This document shows positions 28,943 to 40,334 of a stretch of DNA of 64,000 nucleotides, piece after piece. How positions within the stretch are numbered: position 1 is the stretch's first letter; each line of letters starts with the position of its first letter. The position numbers and the translations under genes are program-made. The notes below the pieces were generated by a model. It was not told the origin of the DNA. It saw only the letters and a list, made by a program, of their open reading frames with translations, and searched no databases. Origin of the DNA: Epiperipatus broadwayi (taxonomy: Eukaryota; Animalia; Onychophora); NCBI GenBank assembly GCA_028023455.1, contig JAQFVV010000008.1, forward strand, positions 15,996,001 through 16,060,000, given 5' to 3'.

Positions 28943-29126
28943 TATTGGATGAGTAGGCATTAGATGGAAATTTTATGCACAAGCTTTCTGGCATACATTG
29001 ATTACTCTGGCTTGCACTGAGTGGCAATACGTATAGAGTTTTGCCTGTTTTAATATTTTTAAAAGCAAGAAATATCGCATAGTCTATATGTAATTATTTT
29101 TTAGCAATTGCATAAACAAAGCTTAT

Positions 29127-29298
29127 ATTTTTCATGTTTAAAACAAATAATAATTTTATCATTCAGAGTTACAGTACTTTCTTTAATTAATTCATCTCTA
29201 CTAAGACTTTCTAATTGAAAATAATTATATAAATCAATAGATTTTGATTTAAAAGAGGTAGTTATTCTAACATAATTACTAAAATTAACGTAAGACAT
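29127..29298 (-). pseudogene. dead duplicate of the RRM exon at 47585-47762
   Basis: Reads MSYVNFSNYVRITTSFKSKSIDLYNYFQLESLSRDELIKESTVTLNDKIIICFKHEK. The donor is mutated (GTAAGC to ATAAGC) and SGGG is lost. Homology continues to about 29395. Confidence 0.6.
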
Positions 29299-29479
29299 GA
29301 TTTTCATTGAAAAATGAATGTAAAGAAAAAATTCCATTTCTGATTAAAAAAATAAAATTATAATTAAATAAAAATTGAAAACTCAACCCAAATGCCTTTT
29401 TATAATCAATGTCCTTTTAATAATCATCTTCTTAAAACAGTTTTAAAATTAATAATTCACATACTACTGTATCCAAAAT

Positions 29480-31030
29480 ATTATAATAATGTTATTTTAA
29501 TTGCCATAATAATAATAAAAACTATCTAATAATAAATAAACATTGATATCTGTGAAATAAGAAAAAAATTTGAAAAATGGATGTATTTTACTAGAAAGGT
29601 TCAATTATTAGAATAATACCCTTTGTCAGTTTGGCACATTTGGTAGAGCCTCTGACTTAGGATTGGGAAGTCCCAGGATCAATTCTGGTGCTGCAGTTCT
29701 GGTTCTCAAACTTATGAACTTTCAAGCAATAAAGCCATAAGCCTTTTTATCCTGTGTAGTTTGTCGCATTTGGTAGAGCATCCAACTTGGGATTGGGAGG
29801 TCCCATGATTGATTCTGGCACTTGCAGTTCTGACATTCGAATTTCTTATGAACTCACAAGCAATAAAGTCATATGCCTTTTTATCCTGTGCAATTTGTCG
29901 CATTTGGTAGAGCATCCAACTTGGGATTGGGAGGTCCCACGATTGATTCTGGCACTTGCAGTTCTGACATTCGAACTTCTTAAGAACTCCCAAGCGATAA
30001 AGTCATATGCCTTTTTATCCTGTGCAGTTTGTCGCATTTTGTAGAGCATCCAACTTGGGATTGGGAGGTCCCACAATTGATTCTGGCACTTGCAGTTCTG
30101 ACATTCGAACTTCTTATGAACTCCCAAGCAATAAAGTCATATGCTTTTTTTTTTATCAAAATAGTGGAATGGGCTTCATCATAAAATAAAAAATGAAAAA
30201 AATGTTTTGAAGATTGATGATATACCAGACAGAGTAGCAAGTTTAATTATTCAATTTAATGTAAGTTACCATTATATCCCAATAATTTTTCAATATGATG
30301 AAATATATGTACAGAATGCTTTTGAGCAGATCAAAGACTTTAAAATTGTAGTGAGAGATTTTAATGCTAAAATTGAAAAATGATTAAAAATGTTATGAGT
30401 AAAGTTGGATTTGTAGAAATAAAAAAGGACATAAACTCATGGAATTTGGTGAAAAAGAAAATCAATAAACTACAATTTTAAAAAAAAAAAAATCTAAAGG
30501 CAAATGGACATGAAAGCATCCAAATGATGATATAACAGAGTTGGATTATATATTGCTTAACAGAAAATATGTATTTCAAGACTGTAATGTAAATTAATAA
30601 ATTGAACACAGAAAGGAATCATAAATTAGTGAGCTGTAAGGTATGTATGAATGTAAAGCTAGAGAAACAAAAGCTATTAAGACAATATTCTAGGTTAATA
30701 TTTTTAATCCTTCAAAAATACCCCATAAAATTTAATCATTTTGATGGTGGCTCATATCTGAATGAGGTCAGTAAGAAGATAATTGATATTATACTGAGGA
30801 CAGCAATACACAAATAAATTTTCAATTGGGATAAAACAATAAGTGAAAAATAATGAAAATATTCTAAAATAGATTATTCCAGACATTCGCTTCTTCTAAA
30901 TGGATCATTTTTAAAAAAATTAAATATCTTAAATTTAATAATGATGTTGTAATTGTAAAATGATTAAAAAAAGAGGCTATAGACAAGAACAGTAGTCACA
31001 AAATTTATAACATCTTAATTAATAAACTGG
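29480..31030 (+). mobile_element. decayed RTE-clade LINE endonuclease region, interrupted by the tRNA-like array
   Basis: NSGMGFII (about 30160), DRVASLII, IVVRDFNAKI (cf. GDFNAK, about 30350) and KWTWKHPN...ELDYIL (about 30500). Confidence 0.7.
29623..30157 (+). repeat. tandem array of four 134-bp tRNA-derived (SINE-like) units
   Basis: Period of exactly 134 (CCTGTG at 29751, 29885, 30019). Each unit has an A-box-like TGTCGCATTTGGTAGAGC, an arm TCCAA-CTTGGGA-TTGGG, AGGTC, an eroded B box, AATAAA and a T5 run. Confidence 0.9.
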
Positions 31031-31306
31031 TAAAAATGACAAATTTCCCCTCTCCAAGTTCTAAATGTTAAAATTTTATTCATATTCCCCTATATTAAAA
31101 TTTTTAAATATTTATTATGCAAAATAAATTAATACAGTCAATCATTTTACAAATCCTTCTTCCTTGCTTTTGCAACATCACTAATAACATCTTTAAAAAT
31201 TATTTTTCAAGTTTTTGACTAACTACAATCGAACGATGTTATTTTTTAAAACTTCAGAATGCAGACCTTCTAACAAAAACAAAATATTTTCAGAAATAAA
31301 CATAAA

Positions 31307-32008
31307 GTTGTATTTTTCCATTGGACTATTTCCATCATCTAATATAAGTATTGAATGTCTTTAGAAAAATTTAACTTTATTTAAATATTCCAAATACATT
31401 CAACTGTTAGTAATAGCACATCAAACAGGTTAGTATATGCACAATGTTTCGAGAGGTATTATTCTTCCTCTTCTTCAGGTGTTGCTGGCCTGGGCAGTGA
31501 TAGTATTAGCATGGGATTCGAAACTGGATCCTTAGACTAATCAACTTTGCTCTTAGGAAAAATTGGAGAAATCAGGAGAAACTTCATAGATAAGTACAGT
31601 ATATGAAATTTCTATTGACTTTTGCCTTTGGCAGGATGACTCAGTTGTTTGTTCTTGTGTTTTCAATCTCTTCTTGTTACTTCTATCATGCATCTCTCCA
31701 TACTTCTTTGAGTAGTCTGAAGTCTCTGCAATGCTCTTTGAAGTCTCTGTATTGTATTTATGAAAATTCAATACTCAAGAATCTAAGGATCCATGTTCAA
31801 ATCCTATTCTAGTACTATCACTAATCAGGCCAGCAACACCTGAAGAGGGGAGAATACCACCTCTCGAAATGTTATGCATATACTAACCTATTTGATGTGC
31901 TATTACTTACAGTTGAATGTATTTGGAATATTTAAATGAAGTTAAATTTTTTAAAGACATTCAATACTCATATTAGATGATGGAAACAGTCCAATATAAA
32001 AATACAAC
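31307..32008. mobile_element. fold-back, family D, with decayed hammerhead in each arm
   Basis: About 230-bp inverted arms (31307-31536 / 31782-32008). The arms read CAC CTGAAGA [AGAGG..CCTCTC] GAAA CAT TG / TGT TA, consistent with an ancestral GAAACGTT after CpG decay. Confidence 0.8.
31560..31780 (-). mobile_element. RTE RT C-terminal fragment forming the spacer of the fold-back
   Basis: Minus-strand LQRLQTTQRSMERCMIEVTRRD matches the RTE motif L.VTQRAMER.MLG..LRD. Confidence 0.65.
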
Positions 32009-32449
32009 CAAAACACCATCATCACAAACCTTCAGGAAAACATACAGTTATTCATAAATCTGTTTATATTGTTCTAATACATTGCAAAATATCATTTTGA
32101 TTGTTGAAAACATCTATGATAGGAAAACATAAACAGTAAATAAGTATCTAAAATAAATAGTATATATTTATTTAAAATTAGCCATTTCTAGTCAGAACAA
32201 ACATAAAAAAGTATTAATATTTTCTTATAAAATTAAGAAAAACATCTAATATTTATATTATTTTAGGATTTTGGTCTGAGGCACTTCTGTTGTAGTCCCT
32301 TAAGTATTGCTTAACTATACTTCAAGATTGTTTACACCACTGATCCTGATAGTGGAGGAACATGTTCAGAAAATGTAATTATTATTGATATCTTAAAAGA
32401 AGTAGGTATAAAATTAAATTGTTGACAAAGTGACATCATTTATTTAAAT

Positions 32450-35170
32450 GATAAAAATGTATTATGTGATTGGAAATTATAATATTTACAATCTTTATTA
32501 AAATCATTAAAACATGTCTATGCAAAACTATATGCTAAAACCTAACAAAACAATCCTAAATTTAAAAGAAGTTACAGCATAGAAAATCATATTCAAATAC
32601 TAAGAGAACTTATAGATTACAATAATATCTTGGATTGTATAAGCATACTACATTAAAACTTTAGAACTTAAACACTAAGATCTAGAATATTATCAAATTC
32701 TTACAATATTTATCATAATATAATAGAAATGATGACATTAAAAAGATCTAAGATAGATAATTCTATACAGTATTTCCAAAACTTTTTAATGCACTTTTAT
32801 AATAAATATTTTGTGAATTAAATTGGAAAACTAAGAAAAAAAAACGAAGATTATTTAAACCATCTGAATTTTTCTGATGATGTGGTTGTTTTAGCAAATA
32901 ACATTTCAGATCTTCATGAAATTTTATGAGTCTTATAGCTCAATTTCCCTTCAAATAATAACCTTGTCCAGATTCAATATTATCTTGATCAGATTCAGCT
33001 TTCATCATATGCACAGATAAAATATAGTCAATGGCAGGAACAGGCCAACAGGTGAAATATTTAGTGAATCAAAGTGCTTCCATTAAGGGAGAGGATCTGT
33101 CTATAAATTGGCAGTCCATTTGGAGCTAGAGTCAGACAATAATAGATATTACACTGGTTGCTGTATATGTGATGGCAAAAGCAATGAGGCAGATTCCTGG
33201 TAGAACTGGAAGCTGCTATATACTAAACTTGTCACAAAGTAAGCTGCCATACCTGAATATAAGGCAAGTTATCACAGTACAGCTATGACACCTACAAGAG
33301 CACCTGAAGTCCTGTGCTTCAATAGTGCATGACAACTAGATATTATACCTAGCCAACAATATCAGGTAAATGGTATATGAAATATATATATATTATTATA
33401 TAAGTTCTTAATGAAATATTTAACCATAAAAAATCAAAATGGACCTCAGTATTAAATTTGTTGATCAGAAAACTATCACACAAATACCCAGAAAACAATG
33501 GTAAAAGCTGCCCAAATAACTTGGACAAAAATAAGCGAAAAGATTTGCTATAGATGTGACAAATCCAAACAAGCACAATGTCCACCTTGGAATACAATAT
33601 GTAGATATTGTAGGCATATCAATAATAGAGAAGCTGTTTGTTTGTTTGTTTGTTTTTTTTTTAAAAAAAAGCAAGTCTCTCAGAAAAGAATTGACGAATC
33701 TACTTTGAAAAACTGGAAAGGCAATGTAAAATCAAAAATTAATGCCTATATAAATAATGTAAGAGGGATTAATTTATCCTTCAAATGTAGAATTAGAATT
33801 AATAATATGCCAATAACAATAAAATTTTATATCAGCTCTGCAGTATCCACTATAACAAAAAACACCCAAATTGCCAGAATACTATTAGTGCAGCATTCTA
33901 CACTAAATAGTTACTGGCATGATGCCTACTTAATTACTATTCAACAGGACTCTTAGAACTAACCTAACAAAAAAATTGAAAAATAGAAGTACTAAAGTGC
34001 ATATAGATACCCAAATCTTATGCCGCAGGTTTGGTGGAACAACCAAATGGGTAACAGTAGTTGTTATTAAGATAAAAGAATCACAGACAATGGTTATCAG
34101 CAGATGGATGGCAACATTACAGGCACAGAAACCACCCAAGGCTAAACTCAGTCACCAGCTAGCAGTGATAAGTCACCAACCACCAATGAAAAGATCTAAA
34201 TGATTAAATACCACATCAAGTGATAAAAATACCAAACCTGACTAATAGAATTAGACCCGAAGAAGCCCAGAAATGACAAAGATATGTGACTACATCCTCC
34301 AGGGATAATTTTAGCCAAGGGACAGGAATGTTATGGCTCAACTTACATTCAAGTAATGGATCTTTCCAGATTCAATCTAGATTCAACATTTATCATTAGA
34401 ATGCTATATGTATATACAAAATATACCTAATGGCAGGAACATTCCAATAGATGAACATATTCAGTAAATCTGAATGTTCTCATTAAGGAAATGAATGTCT
34501 AAAAATTGGCAGTCCATTTGGAGGTAAAGTCAGACAACAAACAAACAACCATCAGAGCTAAACAGCAGTATGCACATTATAACTGGAACGTGTTAGATAT
34601 TAAATATCACCCAGCATGAGGAAAGCTGTCATATTATAACTGAAAATATCTACTGCACCTGGGCACAAGATAAGCTATTATTATACAGGAAGTATTAGGC
34701 ATGCTAAAAATGGTACCTGCAATCTTTTGCTACAATAATTGCACAGTAATTAGACATTGTACCTAAGCCAGTAGTATTAGGTAAAAGTACATCAGTTTTT
34801 ATTGTAAATTAATGTAAATACATTTTTTATATAAAAATATTTAATCATACTTGTGGGAATTCATATTTATTCTGAATTTATATAGACACAACCAATAGTT
34901 ATACCAAATGAAAACACAAAACCAGGACTAAAAAGGTTAATGTTCAATGGCTTTTCAAAAAAGGAGAAAAATAATGATTGATGGCAATCAGTTACGATAC
35001 TTTGGTAAAAAATATAAATAGAAACACAATGGCTTTTGATAGAAATAATATTAAAAAGAGTAGAAATATTTAATAAATGTGTCTTATCAATGCTATAGCA
35101 TGGATCTGAGACTTGAACAATTATTAAAAAAATAATCAAGATTTTTTTCATATGGCAAAATAGGACATGT
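32450..35170 (+). mobile_element. decayed RTE RT, split by an LTR element
   Basis: KLFNALL..IFCELNW...YLNHLNFSDDVVVLAN (about 32780-32900), resuming as FNKCVLSML*HGSET*T (cf. FNQCVLP..TYG.ETW) at about 35070-35120. Confidence 0.7.
32965..34790 (+). mobile_element. old internally deleted Gypsy-like element with two diverged about 420-bp LTRs
   Basis: Direct repeats at 32965-33375 and 34365-34790. ORF 33498-33956 holds gag knuckles (CYRC...CPPWNTICRYC...VC) and a protease-like segment (IRINNMPITIKFYISSAVSTI). Confidence 0.7.
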
Positions 35171-35184
35171 ATTTTAATGGGATA

Positions 35185-37340
35185 AACCACTATATGACCT
35201 TACCCCAATCAAAATGGCCAATATATTACTGTACTTTATGAGCATACTGTAGGACACATTATAAAAATAAATACTATTATGTATAATGTTTAATGCATAC
35301 AGCAATATTTCCTGCTCATTATAGAATATATATTTTTATAAGGCCTAAAGTTATTAGAAAACTTATTTATTTTGAGTAGATAAAGCCTCAAAATGGAGTC
35401 ACTAGCACCCAGTTCAAACTATACCATAAAAGGTTTAAAAGATTGACATCCAGATAACTCCAACATAGTTCAAAAAGCAATAAGTAAGATATTGCACAAG
35501 TAACCCTGCTGACTGGAATGCATGAATAGAAAAATCTACAAAATGTATAATTAACAAGTGGTTTATTTTACCATAAAAATATGGAATGTGTGTCAACATC
35601 ATATAACAACAAGAAAATAACAATAACATCTTTAAGAAAAAAGTAATATATTTTTGATAAAGCATTTGATATCCAACTGTTATGATTAATATATTACAGT
35701 TTATTAAAATTTATTTAGACTTAAAATAATATCTTTTTTTTTTTTTAATATGTCAAAGTGTTGACTGGGAAGCGAATCCGAGCCAGCTGCTATACCTGAT
35801 CAATTATACACACACGATTATATTAAATACAAATCATTAGCTATTTATAATCATCAAATAAATTTCATTTTTTCTTATTTAACTAAATGATGTATAGGTT
35901 AATTATGATTAATTATATATTAACTCATGAAAAATGTGTTATGTAATATAATTTAATCTTTTATTTTCAATAAAATATGCTTTTGTTTACTTGCTGTTGA
36001 TTTATGACTTGTCCCATTGTTTGTTTTAGTTCTTAATCTATACTTCTTTCTTTTAGGAAAATAATGCTTGTAAGGGACCATGTGTAGAGTGAATTTCTAA
36101 TTATTATAAAATTTCCAGTTCATGAAATGATTGTCCTTCATTAATCTTTTTTTTTTTTTTAAATATAAACCTAGCAGTTTGCAAAATCCATAGTTTTCAC
36201 TTTTGTGAAACAAAGTTTAATCTTATTTTAGGAATATGAAGGTTATAATTTGTCACATTTATAAATTATAATTCTGTAATTGTGAAATTTTCATTTCTCA
36301 AAATCCACTTTAAAAATTCATTAAGTTATAAATTTACAATATCACTTTTAAAAATGCAATGTCACTATATGTTACAATTATAAATGTAATAGTTTATAAT
36401 TCATACCCCAGTTTTGAATTCTTCTTTTGTAGTTGGTTAAACATTATACATCCATTTTGAATCCTTCTTATTTCAAAGCCATAATTAATGGCAGAGATAG
36501 AAAGTGACAACTGAGAAATGTGCATTTAAAATTTAATTCAAGTCATTCTTACTTTTGGGACTGGATATCAGGAAAATACCATATTATATTTTAGAGCTAA
36601 TTATGTTGCTGACAAGAGACCACAATTTGCCTTAGCCTTCCATTTGATTGAAAAATGCTTATATAATTATCCATAGCCATCATGTAGGTTTAGAACAAAT
36701 GAGGCATACATAGCAACTATTCAATGCTGTGCACATTAATACACCGTCTCTAATGGTTTTTTATTTGGAAGTACATGCTCCTCAATAGGCCTTTTTGAAA
36801 AACACCCAAGCAACTTCTCTGCAGTAACTGGAGAATTGATGACTGAAATACACTGCCATATAACTAGCGAAATCCAGACTTTAAAGTTTTCAGCCCTATT
36901 TATCTCTAAGATAGTACTTTTCAAAAAGTACACAATTACTGCAATTGAATCCTCCCTATGTAGCAAATACCAAACTAATTAATCATGTGACAACCTAATT
37001 AATTATATAGCAAGGCTATAAGTATTTTTTAATGCCTAGCTGGTGGTGATATTGATTAAATGCTTTAATTACAAAAACAATTAAAGAAATATTAATTTAA
37101 CATTTATTTGCAATTTCACTGATATAATATATTTCATTGAACAAATAATTACAGAAATGTAATTTCATTTTTTTTTTTGCCTTTTTACATATTTGTGTAT
37201 ATAAAATTAATTAACCAACAACTTTCTAGTTAGTAAAGAAGTTTTCATTATATTGATATTAATGCACACACACACAAATTGGTAAAATAAATCTTAACAA
37301 ACAGGATACTTTTAGCATTGCGATTAAATAGCTGCTTTTA
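35185..37340. repeat. about 2.1-kb unidentified duplicated segment, copy 1
   Basis: Collinear with 40335-40408 plus 43082-44988. Carries the empty hAT site CTGTAGGA at 35247-35254. Confidence 0.85.
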
Positions 37341-37609
37341 TATAAGTACTAGGTTACATTAGTCCCTACCTAACTTGGGGAATAAAATTGAGTTGAATCC
37401 CTTTTTGATACATTACTTAAACAGTCTTTAACCTATAATGAATGCACCTTAAAATTTTTAATTGTTGGTTTAGTCAACCAAGTTCATTTCACAATTAAAA
37501 AAAAAATTGATATCAGTCATGCTCAGCTGTGAATTAATATCTCTACAGACTTACAAGATAAGATACTATTCACTAGGCCACTTTGAGTAATTTAGTTAAA
37601 AGTAATTTT

Positions 37610-37790
37610 ACTTATCTGATTTTGAGATATAAATTTCATTATAAGACTTTTCTCTCAAAATATTTTAGTAATCTGACTTTGGAGATGTCCATCATAAAAT
37701 ATAGCAATTATCTGACTTTTGGACATGGAATTTGCTATAAACTAATCTAAATTATCTGGTTTCGCAGATACAAATTTTAATTGAGATAGG
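37610..37790. repeat. diverged about 40-45-bp minisatellite
   Basis: Four TTATCTGA(C/T)TTT(T/G)GAGAT-like starts. Confidence 0.5.
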
Positions 37791-38279
37791 ATCATTATTG
37801 GCATGCCATAGGTATGCCGCTTCCAAACCCACAATAAACAAACACCTCATCACAGAACCTAAGTATGTGATGTAGCATGAATATCAGAAAAGCTATCTCA
37901 ATTTAAGCACAATGTAACTTCCAACCCAGGTACCACATTGAAAAAAAAAACAAATCAAAGGAATGTTTGGCAAAATGGAAAGCCTTATTCATGTATTTTA
38001 CAAGTCTTATAGAATCCAGACCTATGATACAGTTCTGCATATGATAAACAACACAGTATTTCATGATAGAAAGCCCTGCTGCTTTGAGACTTTTAAGAAT
38101 CTTGAATCAGTACAGAAAGCAAAGCCATCATATTTACAAAATTTATCCCCGATCTCTGCAAAATGTCTTTCCCTCTCCACAATTTCCGCTTCATTATTTT
38201 GCCATTTTTTATTTCTCGGTCAAAAGCATAACTTCATCCTGCTTTGGGAGATTGAGGATCATAATCAGATTATAATAAC

Positions 38280-39700
38280 TTCCTTTTGTGAGATGTGATC
38301 CACTTCTAGATTGTTTAACTATTCATGTTTTGGGACAACTATTCGGCTACCAATTGATCTCCATCTTCTTTTTCTTCCATGGTAACCCTTATTGCCTTTC
38401 TTCACACCATAGTGATGGTTTGACCTTGTGCTTCCCATAATGAATGGTATTCATAGGTAAGCATCATTTCCTGTGTGTGCTATTTTATTTGGAGATTTAA
38501 ATCCACTTCTTTTTCAGAAGATGCAGGTTTACTATTGTCAAATGTATTCAACAATTCAGCCATTTGTTAAATTGTACGTTTGTCTGTGCCGATCAGCATT
38601 CTTTCAATATGGCTTGTGAAGCTATGCCTTAACATTTTTTAATAATTTGAAGTTCTGTTTGAGAATCAGCAGTGAGTTCCCTTAATTTTGCTACATGCTT
38701 TTTAAAAAAGGAAGTTTAAGGCTCACCAGGTGAATCTTCTCTTGGGATATTTTATGTTTAATCCCTTTCTGGTCGTCACTCCAATAACAAAACATGAGTC
38801 CCTGTTTAAACATAACAAAATTAGAATGGATGAACAATGAATCCCACTCCTTATGATGGACCTTGCAGGTGACTATAGGCTACTTACTAACCTCTTCAAT
38901 CATTGCATTAAACTGAAATATTTTTCCAAACTTAATAAATTCAATGGGTGCTTCACCAGCATTACCTTAAAAAATTCATTTTAAAAAAACTGTTTTACAA
39001 TCCGATATGTAATTCATCGATTGAATATCCATCTTTGTATTTCTATATTCTCTTTTCTATGTTCTTTACTTTTGGGGATGTTGTGATAATTTTTTTCCAG
39101 TTTGGCCATCTTATCTGTCCTCCAGCTTTTTATTCTCTCTATTATACTATCATAAGATTTGATCTGTAAAGATTTAATTTGCTCTAATAAGGTCCCTTAT
39201 TCATTCTTATACAGATTCTAGGTTGTTGTTGTTGTTGTTTTTTTTGATTACCCATTAATTCCATCACCTTCTGTACATTAACATCCATCATTTCTTGTAC
39301 CTGGCTTATTTTAACATCCACCTTGTTTTGTTTAACTTCAATGATAATTTCCTCTCTAACTCATTTGATTTGGTCAGCTATTTGGTTGGGCATTTTTTTG
39401 CTGTTTATTCAGTCACTTCATCTATTTTCCTTAACCGCATTTCTTCTATTCTCTTTTGTTTATCTTTGTTGATTATTTTCTATCACTTTCTGAAAACATG
39501 ACACTGTTGACTACTTCCTTCTATCTTCTTTGTTAGCATTCCTTCTTTTTTCTTCTACTTTCTTTAGTAGTATCTGATTTTTCTTCATTTCTTTAATCAT
39601 GTGAAAGAGCTCGATTCATATGGTTATCTCTTTTCTCCGAGTTCCTTCTGTTATTAGCTGACCACTGTCTTGACAATGTTTATTATTTGTTCTATTTTAT
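38280..39700 (-). mobile_element. decayed RTE-like LINE RT region
   Basis: Eroded minus-strand remnants resembling KA.G.D, GYS.IDH, FEK.F and TYG motifs in the expected order, with many stops. Confidence 0.45.
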
Positions 39701-40137
39701 CAGTGTTCGCCAGCCTGTACTCTCGCTCTTGCTCATGTTATCATTTGCAAAAAAAAAAAAAATACACTATTATTAAACAAAAGCTTTTTCTTTTATATTC
39801 AATGTTATAAATAACATATATACAAGCTTTTTTTTTTCTATTCAATAATTGTTGAGTTGTCCCCCCCCCCCTAACCATCCACAACAGCTCATTTAATTCC
39901 CTTTTGTATATTTCCAGCTCTACTCTTTTTGCTCTCTCTCTCTCTCTATTATTTATATATTTTTCATTCTGCATCCATTTTTATTTTAAAGCAATATTAT
40001 TAATAACCTCTCAGGATTGATGTTTTTTACTAATGTTATTTTGGTTGTGACAAATGTACACGGATATTGAATTGTACTTAATATTCTAAAAGTGAAAGTT
40101 TACTAATTCCACATTGACTACTCCAAATATAACAGGA

Positions 40138-40322
40138 TTAAAACAGACAAAACTCACTATACGTATTGCCACACACATCCCCATCTAGTGCCTACTCATC
40201 CAATATCCCCAAACTAATTTCTGGCTTGTGGCTGTATGTGGCAATACATATAGTGAGTTTTGCCTGTTTTAATAACAGTTACAAGCAAGCATAAGAAATG
40301 GTGATCATGTGATGTTTATTGG
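40138..40322. mobile_element. internally deleted family A fold-back
   Basis: Arms 40138-40173 / 40237-40272 enclose a half hammerhead. The 3' extension matches 28540-28590 in reverse. Confidence 0.8.
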
Positions 40323-40334
40323 CTTATAACAGTA

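Larger units (their letters stand above)
28540..29053. mobile_element. family A fold-back, copy 3 (best preserved)
   Basis: Inverted arms at about 28590-28772 and 28866-29053 with hammerhead motifs on both strands. Same spacer as copies 1 and 2. Confidence 0.9.

Noticed and set aside
29623-30157. CRISPR array or functional tRNA-Pro genes
   Set aside because: The units are contiguous with no unique spacers. The T-loop/B box is eroded (GATTGATTC) and the acceptor stem is bulged.
29712-30240. Overlapping 60-93 aa Cys-containing ORFs
   Set aside because: These are translations of the 134-bp tandem repeat.
32267-32405. Exon-like LYFKIVYTTDPDSGGTC (RRM- or cadherin-like)
   Set aside because: It has an in-frame TAA and a weak donor, lies on the opposite strand to the candidate gene, and is ambiguous between families.
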